Positions 52,001 through 64,000 of a stretch of 64,000 nucleotides of DNA are shown here, in pieces. This DNA is from Azolla caroliniana (lineage: Eukaryota; Plantae; Polypodiophyta). The first letter of the stretch is position 1. Every line of letters starts with the position of its first letter. Below the pieces are notes generated by a model that was not told where the DNA came from, did no database searches, and saw only the letters and a program-made list of their open reading frames with translations. Where the stretch lies: contig JBHGNT010000011.1 in NCBI GenBank assembly GCA_043228905.1, positions 21,452,001 through 21,516,000 on the forward strand, given 5' to 3'. Position numbers and translations under genes: made by a program.

Positions 52001-55000
52001 TTCGTATTTCCCTGTGAGAAATTCAACTGCAAGAATAGTGTTCATTATTCCATCCATTTAGATATAAGAAATAGGAAAGAGCATTACAATTGAAAGATCA
52101 TTTCTTGGACACTAGCATAATTATATGTATGCAGGTTTTTCTAATGACATATCATTTTGCTATAAATATCATGACAGCCTCATTGCCATGTCAGGAAGGA
52201 AGGCCATGACCTATAAATTCTCTCCTGTCTTTTTTCTACACATACTTCCCTATCTTTTCATATAGTCCTCTCCAACCATTTTCTATAGATCCTCTTCTAC
52301 TTTCTTCGACAATTCCAGCCCTATCTTTTACTATAAATCCTAACCTAATTTTCAGCCAAAGTCAGAGAACCCTTTTATAGAGTTCCATAAATATGTCATA
52401 CATCTCTGTTGTGATCTGTGAACTCCCCTCCTTTGAATCACTGGCCATTCTCAGTCCTCTGTTACTTCTTATAAGCCATGTCTAAAAGTTATATCGGTCA
52501 TTGATCTAGATTTGATGGCACATATTCATGAGGCTCCAACCAAGCAAATCATTGCCCGAGTACTAGCCAATATTCATTGTGCTGGTACTAGTGAATACAT
52601 CTGTCTAAATTAATTTATCTTAAAAAGGATAAATGAGGATCCTACGGCCAGGTATTGTTAGAACAAAACTAAATGAATTTTGCAAAGACTGTGAGGCTAG
52701 ACATCTAACGACCAGAGTAAAACATGGATCTGAAGCTCTGAGGCATCACACACACTCGCACGTATAACATACATTTACATCTGCACATACACATACCATA
52801 CACTTACATCCACACAAAAGTGCACACACATGCATACATACATACACATGTCGACGCTTACACAATCATACGTGATAATACACACACTCGTACACACATT
52901 GAAGCACATGCATATGTACACATACAAACATACCAGCACATACATGCTTATATCCACACATACACAATCATACACAATCCACCAGCGAGTCATTATGGGT
53001 GGTCTCATTTTCAAATGTATATCAAAAGCACCTTCTTGAATGAAGACCTTAAACAAGGGGCCTATGTTGAGCAGGTACGCAGTTTTTCTGTCCATGGTCA
53101 GAAAGGTCATGTGCAGGCTACACAAAGCATAGTATGGTTTTGAGCAAGCCCCTTGAGCTTGGTAGCAGAATAGATCTTCGTCTCTTGCAATTGGCATGCC
53201 AAACAACAAGACAGATTCTAATTGCTAAATTCTACAAAATTCATCCCTGATAACTATTATTGTAATATAACATCTTTACAGTTCGTGCACAAGAAAAAAA
53301 CGTTACAACAAGCAATGCTTGGAGCAAATCTTTGAAATGGCCAATCTTGGGTTTCTGCTTGGCTTTGGATCTAACATATACCACAAGGCATCATTTCTCT
53401 CCACAAAAGCATGCCTCAGCGATTCTAGAATGATTTCATATAAACTCCACTTCTTCTAAACCTTAGTTCACTATCATAAAAGATGATCCATCCGCATTGG
53501 TCAACCAGGATTTCCATCATGACCAAGTGGGCTGCCTAGTCTGCCTTATGTACCTCCAACCAGACATTTCCTACATTGTCAGCTTATTGAGCTCCTTTGA
53601 TACTACGCCATATCAAGTTCATCAGTATTCTCCATCACCTAGCCCTATAGGGACAAAAAAACCTGGCATTTGCCACTTAACTACTGGCATAGTTTTTAGC
53701 CTTGGCCAAAGCACATATCATGAAACAGAAAATGTCAGCCTACATTTGCTATTTATGCCAAATACCGGCCTTCTTATTATAATTCACATAAGGACATATT
53801 ATTACAATGTCTACAAATCTGCAATCTGGGCCCATCACTCTTTATTGTTAAATAATTTGTCGGGGCGGTTTTAGTTGGAACTTGTTGATTTTTGCAATTT
53901 GTGCTGTTTCCATAGTCCAGAGCATCCATTTGTGTTGGGTGTTGGATGTTACTCTAACTTTGATAGGATTTTGAATTTAATGTAGGGAGGTAAATGAATA
54001 AAGGGTCTGCCGTCAATATTAATTTTATTGCGCCCACTGAGGAACCACTGATTGTTGTGGTGGGAGAGAACCTTCAGCAATGCAATCTTAATTGTAGATA
54101 CAGCATCCTATCCCTTTGTCAGCTTTTTGTATTCAGTGGCCATAATCCATGCAAATGGCTTATTCCAAGTTCTTCGTCTGAACACATTGGACTCTTTAAA
54201 CACTGACCTTTTGCACAGCGTTATGCCACTCCATTTTGTATTGTGATCAGTCTCTATGTGGACTTCTTCTTTTGTAATTCGAAATTTTCCTTGGTTCTTG
54301 AAACGAATTAAGAGAAGTCTCCCAGTCTAAATGAAGTTTACAGTTTATATGTGTGATTTTGTGTAGTTTGCAATGCAGTATCAACACCTATAATTCACTG
54401 CAATATTAGCATTGTCCTTCGAAGTTTAGATTAAGTATAATTTCACAAAGCACCCAAATTGCTTTGTTGGATTATACCATCAGACAATAGAGTATGATGT
54501 AACGTGATATGTTCCATGCAAGATGATTTACCTACAATAGAGTATGATGTACCATAAACGTCTCTCAATCAATCCTAGTTGCATCAACATTGTGAAAAAC
54601 CCTTTGGCACACACTTATCAACCATAGTTTATGATGATACATGTTATAAAATAGATAGATATATTACCATCCTTGGGAGATGGGACCTAAAACAATACAA
54701 ATTAGCTATCTCTCCTCTTCCAAAAGCATATGCAGTACTAGCAATGCTCCAAACAATGACTCCTAGATTCTAATGAAAGTAGGCCACGTTCCTTCTTTCC
54801 TCTGATGTCACAATCAGAATTGCATCAGATTGCAATTGATGCTCAAACAGTGAGTCTAGCATCATCCCTGATGATCAATTCAGAAGAGAACTTTAGCTAC
54901 ACATCTTTACATTTCCTCCAAGGTCATGATGAACTGTCGCCATCTCTCTATCTATCTCTAAGAACACAATATCATGATAAAATATTACCACCTGCGTCTC

Positions 55001-55754
55001 TAAAAAGGAGATCTCTAAATAATTCATTCCATCATACAGCTCTATTTCACCTATTGCGTCAGTCTCAAATGAGAGGTATTTTATTTCGCAGATGTTCTGT
55101 AGACTTTCTAGAGATAAAATAATAACCATACATTATGTGCTAAAGCACAATGTGACAACATTTCCTCTTTTTCTTATAGTTTCACCAACTTTATTGCAAC
55201 TCTAAAGTTCAAACACATAAACATGATGATGTAGTTGTAATAACTTGTGATTCACAACATGAGATTACAATTCAAGTCTCGAGCAATGAGTTTGACACTA
55301 GGTTTTATTATAAAAAAAACCGTTCATAAGTTTCATTTGAGATCGTGAACATTAACCAACTGAGCCTAAAAAAATTGGGGTTTACAAGATTGATATTCAC
55401 GCATTTTCCACACCAAAATGAGTTTAAAAAATGGCAATGTAAACAACAAACAAGAAAGCATTGCAACTAACTACAACCCTTTTACCTGAGAGAACATCTT
55501 TTATGAATTAAGGAGAAAAAGTAGAAATAAAAACACCATTTGAAATCAAGTCTTAAAACGAAGGTACAAAGGCATGGAGTGTGAGAATTGTTTACCTGGA
55601 CGGTTCCACCCACTTCAATTTTGATTTTGGGGTAGCTAGCATAATCTTGGGACTGAGTGGAGAAGGAATGCTTATGCATATCCACTCTGTGGTTGTTAGG
55701 AAAGAAGTTTCCTTGTCTGCCATAGATCTGTAATATAGGTCTGCATCTTCTCAT
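46045..55754 (-). CDS. DUF4097/putative-adhesin beta-repeat protein (FAM185A-like), probably organelle-targeted; exons 55754-55596, 52026-51955, [unresolved], 48550-48429, 48338-48290, 48171-48110, 47517-47394, 47182-47115, 46781-46738, 46651-46588, 46502-46440, 46206-46045
   Basis: Spliced exons give repeated TxGGxI units (TTGGNINLG, SSGGSI, TDGGNL, TNGGEM, SDGGNI, SNGGNI) and a C-terminal SWLDSVMKK*. The N-terminus is Arg-rich. All phases fit except the junction between 51955 and 48550. Confidence 0.8.
48794..49354. repeat. Imperfect ~240 bp direct repeat pair in an intron, overlapping a LINE ORF1-like fragment
   Basis: ctagatgg..aatttagaagggaaaaa ... atctttacatagcattgccatgagccccc occurs at about 48794-49035 and about 49109-49354. 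Confidence 0.85.
50100..51500 (-). mobile_element. Decayed LINE ORF2 3' remnant in an intron
   Basis: Broken peptides (RKKLVNG, FLKKDSWKGQLAIG, RALFEAC) resemble the LINE RT C-terminus and zf-RVT region. Boundaries are approximate. Confidence 0.4.
52990..53700 (+). mobile_element. Ty1/copia reverse transcriptase remnant in intron 1
   Basis: FQMYIKSTFLNEDLKQGAYVEQ...HKA*YGFEQAP*AW and VGCLVCLMYLQPDISYIVSLLS match the copia motifs QMDVKSAFLNG, LYGLKQAPRAW and TRPDISYAVS. Confidence 0.85.
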
Positions 55755-55982
55755 TTTATATAGATTTCTTGCTCGTAGGTTTCTCTTGGATTTCTGTTTC
55801 AAAGGCTTAAAGAAGACATTCCTATTCTACTCGCAATGTCCACGTCTAACATCCCCATTCCCTTCCTCTCTCTGTCTCTCTCTCTCTCCCTCTCTTTCTA
55901 GGACATTGTGATAAGTTCTAACTTCACCCCTATGTTTTGCAAAGCCACTCTTTGCGGAACTTACCTCTCAATCTCGCCCAAA

Positions 55983-56260
55983 CTTAGTCCTCCTCACCAA
56001 GGTCATTGGACGTCTTTCCCTACCATTTGTGACATGAGTATGAGCAATTATTGTCAATCATTCGTGTCAAGTGTTCTCTGGGTTAACTATCCTAATAGTT
56101 ATCTTCTCGATGGCTCATTGTCTTAGTCCTCCTCACCAAGGTCATTGGACGTCTTTCCCTACTATTTGTGACATGAGTATGAGCAATTATTGTCAATCAT
56201 TCATGTCAAGTGTTCTCTGGGTTAACTATCCTAATAGTTATCTTCTTGATGGCTCATTGT
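55983..56260. repeat. Near-perfect 139 bp tandem duplication upstream of the DUF4097 gene
   Basis: cttagtcctcctcaccaaggtc... starts at 55983 and 56122, with about 3 mismatches. Confidence 0.95.
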
Positions 56261-59200
56261 TACGGTTTTGAATATAATAGGTATCTCCTATCGACCCTAA
56301 TGTTGGTGACATTGGTCAAGACAATTGTCCAATGTCTTTGGGTGCTTCCCACAAAGTGATTGGTGTATTATCCTTTGGAACTCTCTTGCTTAATTAATAC
56401 AAAGCTAAGGAGCATATGTGAGACTTGACTCAAAGTAAGTCTTAGGCTCTTAATCAATACAAGACTTGAGACTTTTCAGTTGGAGAGAGAGAGAATGTGT
56501 GTGTACAATGAAAAATCTCTAGCTCAAAAAAGTAAAAGTGAATAAACTTCTTTAAATTTGGCTTATAAACTTCTTTAAATTTGAATAGGTATGATCTTTT
56601 CCCCCTTTCACAATTGGCCCTTATCCTTGTATTTGCGTGTTCTCTCTTTCTTCTCATGCTAGTGTCAATGAAATACAGTCAATGACGTGTGTGGCAAATA
56701 ACAATTCCAATCTACTAAAAATCATATTAATCACTGAGCAATTTCTTCCTATCTCTATCATAACGATGACTTAACCAAGAGACATACTACTCTCTCTAAT
56801 GACTTCATCTAAATGCTTCCACGTAAAGAATACATACAGGATACCCATGTCTCCTTTAAGTAAATTAACCACACTTAATACAACGCGATTGGTGTAAGGA
56901 TATGGGCAAACTACTTAATTCTTCTCTACTATGAGGCTTGAAGCAAAGTACTTTAAGCTTCTCTTGTGAGAGAGGGAGAAAAAGAGAGTTTGTTGTCCTC
57001 AAAGGTCAAGTATGACCTATGGGACCAAAAGTGAATATTTTCTGCATAGTATATGCGGAACTGCGCAGTAACTCTCGATGTCTAGTTACTAATAAGCATC
57101 GCAATCAAGAGTGCACGTTAGGTTTGTGTGAGATATGTGTGCATGGAGTGCACCATGTTCATGTGTAAAGCAAACTTGAATGTGATCAATAGCAACACAC
57201 CATATCAATGTGTGATGGTTTGACTATTGCATCAATTTGCTACAAAAAATGCAAAATCAACAATCTCCTCACAAGTGTCCTGACAACCCATCTCACATCA
57301 AAAGAGAATGTGACCAACTTTTGAGGCAATGGCATGAAAGGGATGGGCTCTAACATGTACCGATGAGGTAAATTTGTAGTTTGGTGCAACACGTGTAATA
57401 TATGCGTATGAAATATAAACCTCCACACATATTGCCAAGTTGTAATACATTGGCATTGCAAGAAACTACAATGCATTGTTTACCAAGGAAACTATCGATG
57501 CATCATGATGTATCTGATTTCTTAAACCATTTATTCATATATTGCCACCATCTTGAACCCAAAATTATGATTCTGTATATCTTTTGAATCATTTACTTAT
57601 TTTCCATTCAATCATAGGAACTCCATGCAATATTTTTTTTAACATTGACCATTTGTTTTTTAACTATTTTCATGATTATGATCTCGATCACAAGTGAAGT
57701 GGGAGCACAACTTAGTGTTTTGTTACCAATGTAGTTGGCAATGGTACAATGGACGAGCACCTACGCTAGGGGTTATGAGGGTTGGAGGCAAGTTGGTGGT
57801 TAACCGCTCTCGAGGCATTCTAGTTCTCGCACATAACTATAAATGAGTTTCAATGTGGCTTACTCCCATTTTGTATGGGTAGGTTCCCATCAATTGATTT
57901 GTGTCAATAGTGCCTAACTAATGGACAACCTACATAGTTTGGGGCTGAAGTGGTGTTCTTGGCAACGAGATTGATTGGCTTATCTTTCTTGTAACGCAAA
58001 TCAATATGACCTAATTTGTGCTTGCTAAAAAACTAAAAAGGGCGACTTGCATCAACCAAAGCAATGACATAAAAGGATACAAGAGATGGGAAGAGTAGAA
58101 GGCTTGAGAGCTCCAAGTGCATCAAAACCAACCAATAAATGTGGGTAAACAAAATGATGACTCTTTAAGGGCAGTTAAAATAGTAGGCCAAAGCCATGAA
58201 ATTTACCACTCATTTTAATTACTATTAATGGTTAACACAGATTTTGAGGCATCGTCTTGTGTGAATACATGTCATGACTCATGACATAAATAGGAAGGAA
58301 TAATTATTCCTCTTTTTACTTCATGCCATTAGGTATCTTACACGATCAAGTACATACATGGACTTACCTAGTCAACATTTGGTGGCATGGTCTCGTTAGA
58401 TAGTTTTCATTGAAAGCCATCAATGTGCAAAGGCTTGACTTGTTTGTTGATTTGGTACATGCTTTCCTCAATGCAATGTATGATCCAATACGGGTCGGCA
58501 CATCGAAGGTGTAGGTTTCCCAACATTATGGTTGTTAAAAAATGTATATGTTATGTTTAGAACACTATGAAGTATTCAACATGCATTCAATGTTTTAGAA
58601 TTGCCATTTAAAGATGTTTCCCCTCCCGTATTCAAATTGGTCTACATATTTAAAATTTAAAACTTGACCGAATAACAATTGTTAGATGCATTACATCAAT
58701 AAGAGGCATTTAACGAATTCACATGTTTTATTTTTGGAAGACATATTCTATATTTTTTTAAACACCAAGTACAATACTTTTGGAATTCTTAGCATGCGTA
58801 TTGTATACTAAGTATGCTACAACGATACACATGATGTCAAACCTACTCTTCAACACTGTTGGACCTCGTGCTCATGATGGCGGTAGTGACAATCAATGAA
58901 ATGCATCAAGTTGTCGATGAAGGCGTGCTAACTACAACATGCTTTAGGGATGCTCCTTGTTGAGCTAAGAGTGACATGTAAGGAGAGACAAAACCCAACA
59001 CGATGACCAAATCAAGATAGGATGCAAGTGAAGATATTAAAAAGGACATAGATATAAACATGATATTCATTTCACTACATGGTCCAAACATGACCTAAAA
59101 TGTTGAAAGAAGGCTTTCACATGTCGATATTGAGAGGACAGAGGACGTAAAGCAATATTTTCTAATGCTAATGTGTATCACCAAGGACTAAGTACAAATA

Positions 59201-59736
59201 TCTATTAATTGTAACGTGAAAATGTTCTTATAGAGGGTGTGATATAAGCTTATTGACAACGATTGTCTAAACTTTATCATTCTTTATAAGTAAACACTAA
59301 TTTGATGCAATATGCAATAGGACATGGGAGGAATTTGAATGTGGGATCATTGAAGAAGAGATTATTTGGATAGCATGGGCGATGGAGGCATGATCTCAAT
59401 ACTCACCCACACGTGTAAACAATCATGTAATATATCTCACTCAAGAGATTAGGGGTGTGTGGGAAACGAGTGATTAAGTGCACCACTAGCCTAAGTCTAC
59501 TATCCTCCTTCGTCCCACTCTTAATTAGAAAAATTAAGTAATTACGTGCATAACACTATCATGTTATGCGTGTCTAGGCGATTACGTACATGATTTGTTG
59601 TACCATGCATAATTGTGAGCTCCAAGTGGCGTCAATTGGTTTATGAATTGACGAGTCAAAGTGACTTAACCATTAGATGTGATGGCTCATACCTTGTAAA
59701 AGACCTCCTTAACAAGTAGACTAGTCAACCAATGTT

Positions 59737-60091
59737 GCCCAAAGCCAACTAAAGATGGCCTATGACCACCAAAGCTCAAAGCCAACCCAAAATATACTCC
59801 ATGTGGCAAGTAGTCGAGCTCCACGTGGCTTCAACCAGTTTATGTATTGACATGTCTAAGTGATTTGACAATTAGAAGATGTGAGAAGTAGTTGAGTTGG
59901 TAATGTGGCCCAAAGCCAACTAAAGACGGCCTAAGACGATCAAAGCTTAAAGCCGACTCACAATAGACTCCTGTGCCAAAGTCTTCAGTACCAATACCAT
60001 GCATGACCAACAAATTTCCAAGAGTAGCACGCTTCATCGATAAGTAGGTAGAGATGTCTCCAAATTGAGACGTGAAATTGTTTTGGCCCAA
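59737..60091 (+). promoter_or_regulatory. Proximal promoter of the FRIGIDA-like gene: ~65 bp direct repeat, G-box and site-II motifs
   Basis: gcccaaagccaactaaaga.ggccta occurs at about 59737 and about 59908. CACGTG at 59822. GGCCCA at about 59907 and about 60085. Motif matches only, with no functional evidence. Confidence 0.35.
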
Positions 60092-60365
60092 AAGCATTTG
60101 GACGTTTTGAGACGGGGAAAGCAAAAGGTAAGTGTGAAAGGACGCAGCAGAGGAAGAATCGGGAAGCACACAAAGAATAAAAAGCAATTGCAGAGCGAAG
60201 AAAACAAAGAGGCGGAGCCCTAGGAAATAAAATACGGAGGCAGCAGTAAACGCAAAACGCAAAACGCAAAAGCAAGAGAAAAAAGCAGAAAGCAGCTCTC
60301 TTCCTTCTTTCTCTCTTCTCCTCGTTCCGTCTCTCATCCTCTCTACCTTCTTCAGAGGGCTGGCG

Positions 60366-63200
60366 ATGGCGTCTTGTTCTTTTTCTTCCTCCCCTGAGGA
60401 GGCTTTCCGCCACGTCTCAGAAAGAAAAGAAGAGCTGCGGAAGGTCTTCTCTGAGTTCGAGAACAAGAAGTTCACAGTTGGTCGAATCGGAGCCACATGG
60501 AAAGACATCGAAGAGCATTTCAAAGAGATCGAAGCTTGCTTGCAGAAGACCTTCGATTCTTATATGCTCAGAGAGAAAGCTTTCGAGGAGAAGATGAAGT
60601 CCGTGCAAACAGAGTTTGAGAAACGAGAGGCTGAGATCTCTGCAAAAGAAAGAGAATCTGTTGCTCGCGTTCAAACGGAGAAAGATGCAGCCGTTTCTGA
60701 CATTCTCGAGCAGAAACGGAAACTTTCTGACGAGAAACGGAAGCTTTCCGGTGAGAAGCCAAATGTTCCTGGTGAGAAACGGAAGGCATCTGATGAGAAA
60801 CGGAAGACCCCCGAAGGTGGAAAGAGAAAGGCCGAAACTTTGGTTTCTTCTTTACCTAAGAAAAAGGATTTGTTGAAGAACGATTCTTCTTCGTTATCCG
60901 CAAATTCACACAAGAACGGGGATTTGTTGAAGAAAGATTCATCTTTGTCATTGATTTCGCAGAAGAAAGAAGCTACGCCGAAGAACCAGGATTTGTTGAA
61001 GGAAGAAGCTGTGTTGAAAAGAGTTTCTTTGTCATCTCCTGATTCATCCAAATCTGATTTAAAAGGTTCACAGTCAGGTACTAAAAGCACAGCAAAACCA
61101 AATATCAAGGATGGCGTTAGCAAGGAAAATTTAAAGCTTTCTGGTAAGCTGAACGTGTTATGTCAAAACATGGATTGTAGTGGCTTGAAGAAGTTTCTGG
61201 TAGAAGTGAAAAAGGACGTGAAAACACTAGTATCATACATCACTGCATCCTTGAGACTATGTAAAGATCCACCTCAGTTCGTTCTCGGTACTTTGCAAGA
61301 TTATTTCGAGACAGAACGACATGGCAAACAGGATTTTAGTAAAGATGATTGCTTTGCTTGGGGTGTTTTGATGGAGGCGCTCTCAGATGTTTTACAGAAA
61401 GAAGGTTACGCTATCTCAGATGATGTTAAGATCTCTGCAAAGACATTTGCAGATAGATGGAGAGCTACACTGGAGTTGGATGGCCAAATGAACTTCAAGT
61501 TAGTGTTGGAAGGAGGGAATTTCTTGCAGTTTATAGCCGTTTATTGTCTTGCACATAGCTACAATCAAGATGAGTTATGTGATATGGTTGTAAAAGTTGC
61601 TCGTCGCAAACAAACACCTGAACTTATTCGTACGCTTGGAATAGCCAACAAGGCACCAGGTCAGTTGCCATGAGTTTCCTCTTGAATCTCGATGTGTTAT
61701 GGACTAGTTATTGCCACAACAAGTTTCAGCCAGTTAATGTGAAATAAAACTTGCCATTTTGTTTGGAAGAGAAAGGAAAAGAAAGGTTTTGAGTTGGTTT
61801 CATTAGGCAATGCAATATATATCAATGTTAGATACAGGCCGAAATCGAGCCATGAGAGAAATTCTGATTATAAATATGACCAGCAGCTTCTGTTTATCCA
61901 TGTTGACAAAGGAAGAGTTAGGTTTTGTAGGGATCGATGGTAATGCTATCAATATTAGGAATGACCGTGAATAAAATGTTATAGACTATACATATAGGTA
62001 TATTGTCAAGGTAAGCAGAGGGTCTAAATTTATAAATTACTATGGGGAAACATAATGGGCAATATGTAAGGCCGTTGTCATGGCAGGCAGCATGATCTAA
62101 AGTTATGAATTTCAAAGAAGAAAATGTTCAGGCTAAGGTAGAGGAATCTAAAGTTATGAACTACTATAGAAAAAATGTAATGGATTGATTGTAAGGCTAT
62201 TGTCAAGATAGAGGAATCTTAAGCTGTGAATTACCATGGGAAAAATGTATTATGAGGTTATTGTTAGGGTAGGTAGTGAATAAGTTTAGAACTTTTATAT
62301 ATCTGAGTCATTTTAAGTTGTTAATGTTTTCTTCCTTTTTTCTGCAGTTGTAATCGAGAAACTGATTAAAGATGGTAAGTCTATTCAAGCTGTAACCTTT
62401 GCTTCCGCGTTTGATCTTCTGGAACAGTTTCCACCTGCACCTTTACTCAGGACTCACATCAATGATGCCAAGAAAGAAGCCAAAGCAATTTTAAAAAGTG
62501 GCAACAATAATCAAACTTCACAGGTATAATGCAGATGGTAACTTTTTTGTTGTTATTAAGCTATGTGGGTGCTCTTTTGCTGACAAGTCTTTTTGTGTTT
62601 ATGAATAGATATATTAAGTTATATGGGTTGTCGTTTTCTTACAAAGCTATTGTTTGTGAATAGAAAGAGGCAATTCAGAAGGAACTTGCAGCATTAAAAG
62701 CTGTTGCTAATGTGGTAAAAGAACATAAGTTGGAAAAACATTATAGTCTCGACTATGTGGAGAAGCAAGTTGCGCACCTAGAAAAGACAAAGGCAGATAG
62801 AAAACAAGCAACTAGTAGTGCCTTTAAGGTTCAACCACCAACAAAGAGGCAACGTTCCGATGACCACTCTCCTATAACAGGAGTCAGGGGTAGAAGTATG
62901 TCTCCCAAAAGACTCATGTATGCTATGAATGATAGATCCGAAATGGGTCAATTCGGAAGATCGCTAATGGGTGGGTATAATGATCAAAGATCTTTGGGTA
63001 GTATATATAGTTCACCTTCAGCTTATGCCGGTCATACATCAAACCCTTCAGCTGTGCCTCATCCGTATGCATATGCTTCTCATGCTCTGAGCCCACTTGG
63101 CTATAGAAACTCTGTTCGTGGGGGACCCCCAGGATCTGTAATGGACTACAACTATCCATCACCCTTTCCTTCATTAAGAGGATATAAGCCATATCCTTAA
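60366..63200 (+). CDS. FRL: FRIGIDA-like protein, about 668 aa; exons 60366-61659, 62348-62523, 62664-63200
   Basis: N-terminal coiled coil (WKDIEEHFKEIE), Frigida domain motifs (LCQNMDCSGLKKFL, DPPQFVL, RRKQTPELIRTLGI, FPPAPLLR, KELAALKAV...EHKLE) and a Pro/Tyr-rich tail. The 2007 nt CDS is in phase. Confidence 0.92.
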
Positions 63201-64000
63201 GACTTGAGAACTTCTCTAATTCATCTATAACCACTAATGGAATGGCTGGTAGTGTGTTCTCAAGGAAAAGATGACATAATGAATTTGTGGAGTTTTCACT
63301 TTCTTTATGAGTGTGACTTTGCTTTGGAAATTGTGGATCTCTACGTGGTGTTCCACCATGGTAGGTGTATGGTGTACCTTATATGCCTATAGATATTTAT
63401 ATGGTTCTAGAAAGGTTAGTCATGTTTTGGTCAGTAGATAAAGAGAAATCTGAATCATGTTGTGGATGAGAAGGAGATATTTTGCTTTTGCTTGTATCCA
63501 TATCCTTTATGTAGACATTCATAATACATATTTGATATTTGGGCCAAACTGGTACCAGTATAGGGACTTTCATTTGACATTGTTGGGAGACACGCATTAT
63601 TGTTTATCTTCTTTAGGACTGGGATCATACATCGCATCGCAATTAACTCTAGGTGAGCTTTAGCATTTTCTCTGAAATGGAGAAAAGAACAATTAAGCAC
63701 TTTGTACGTGCTATGCAGGTGAAATATATACTCAAGGATGTTTTATTGCGCCAAGGTTATTGACATTAATTACATACATTTGGATCTGATTTTGGACAGT
63801 TACCAGCATTACTGAAAATGATTTCTTATTGATATTACTATCTTTGTTATCCTTAAGGCTATTACAAAGTAGGATATAGAAAGATTGATAGCAAGAAAAT
63901 GATAGACCTTTTTATAACTGTGTAGCAGTCAAACAGGTATGTCACAATGATTAGTTCAAACAAACATGATTGCAGCCGTCTCTCACCTTACATTCTCCGA

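Noticed and set aside
52745-53209. ORFs 52775-53209, 52820-53143 and 52830-53039
   Set aside because: They derive from a degenerate (CA/TA) simple repeat running into the copia remnant.
59840-61123. Antisense ORFs over the FRL 5' region
   Set aside because: They are shadow frames of a purine-rich UTR and CDS, with no recognisable domains.

Overview
Nuclear DNA of a non-flowering land plant, most likely a fern. The basis is GT-AG introns, plant-type genes, and a plastid-derived chlB fragment (chlB is absent from angiosperm plastomes). Six protein-coding genes were modelled by hand: (1) a catalytically intact but unusually short SMG1 NMD kinase (1351-12730, about 2541 aa) lacking most of the kinase-FATC insertion; (2) an intronless 722-aa low-complexity protein with a putative C-terminal Zn ribbon; (3, 4) two intact tandem enoyl-reductase-like MDR oxidoreductases in a ~5 kb segmental duplication, differing at the putative catalytic Tyr; (5) a DUF4097/FAM185A-like gene; (6) a FRIGIDA-like gene. 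Non-coding space holds decayed LINE and copia fragments, a non-autonomous hAT-type element carrying a captured gene fragment, two mosaic plastid insertions (trnH+rrn23 and chlB+rrn16), and several tandem repeats. I see no multi-gene novel system. The best leads are the mini-SMG1 with possible NMD-feedback features, the Pack-hAT, the mosaic plastid insertions, and the active-site divergence of the MDR pair. All family assignments come from motif recognition, not database searches.
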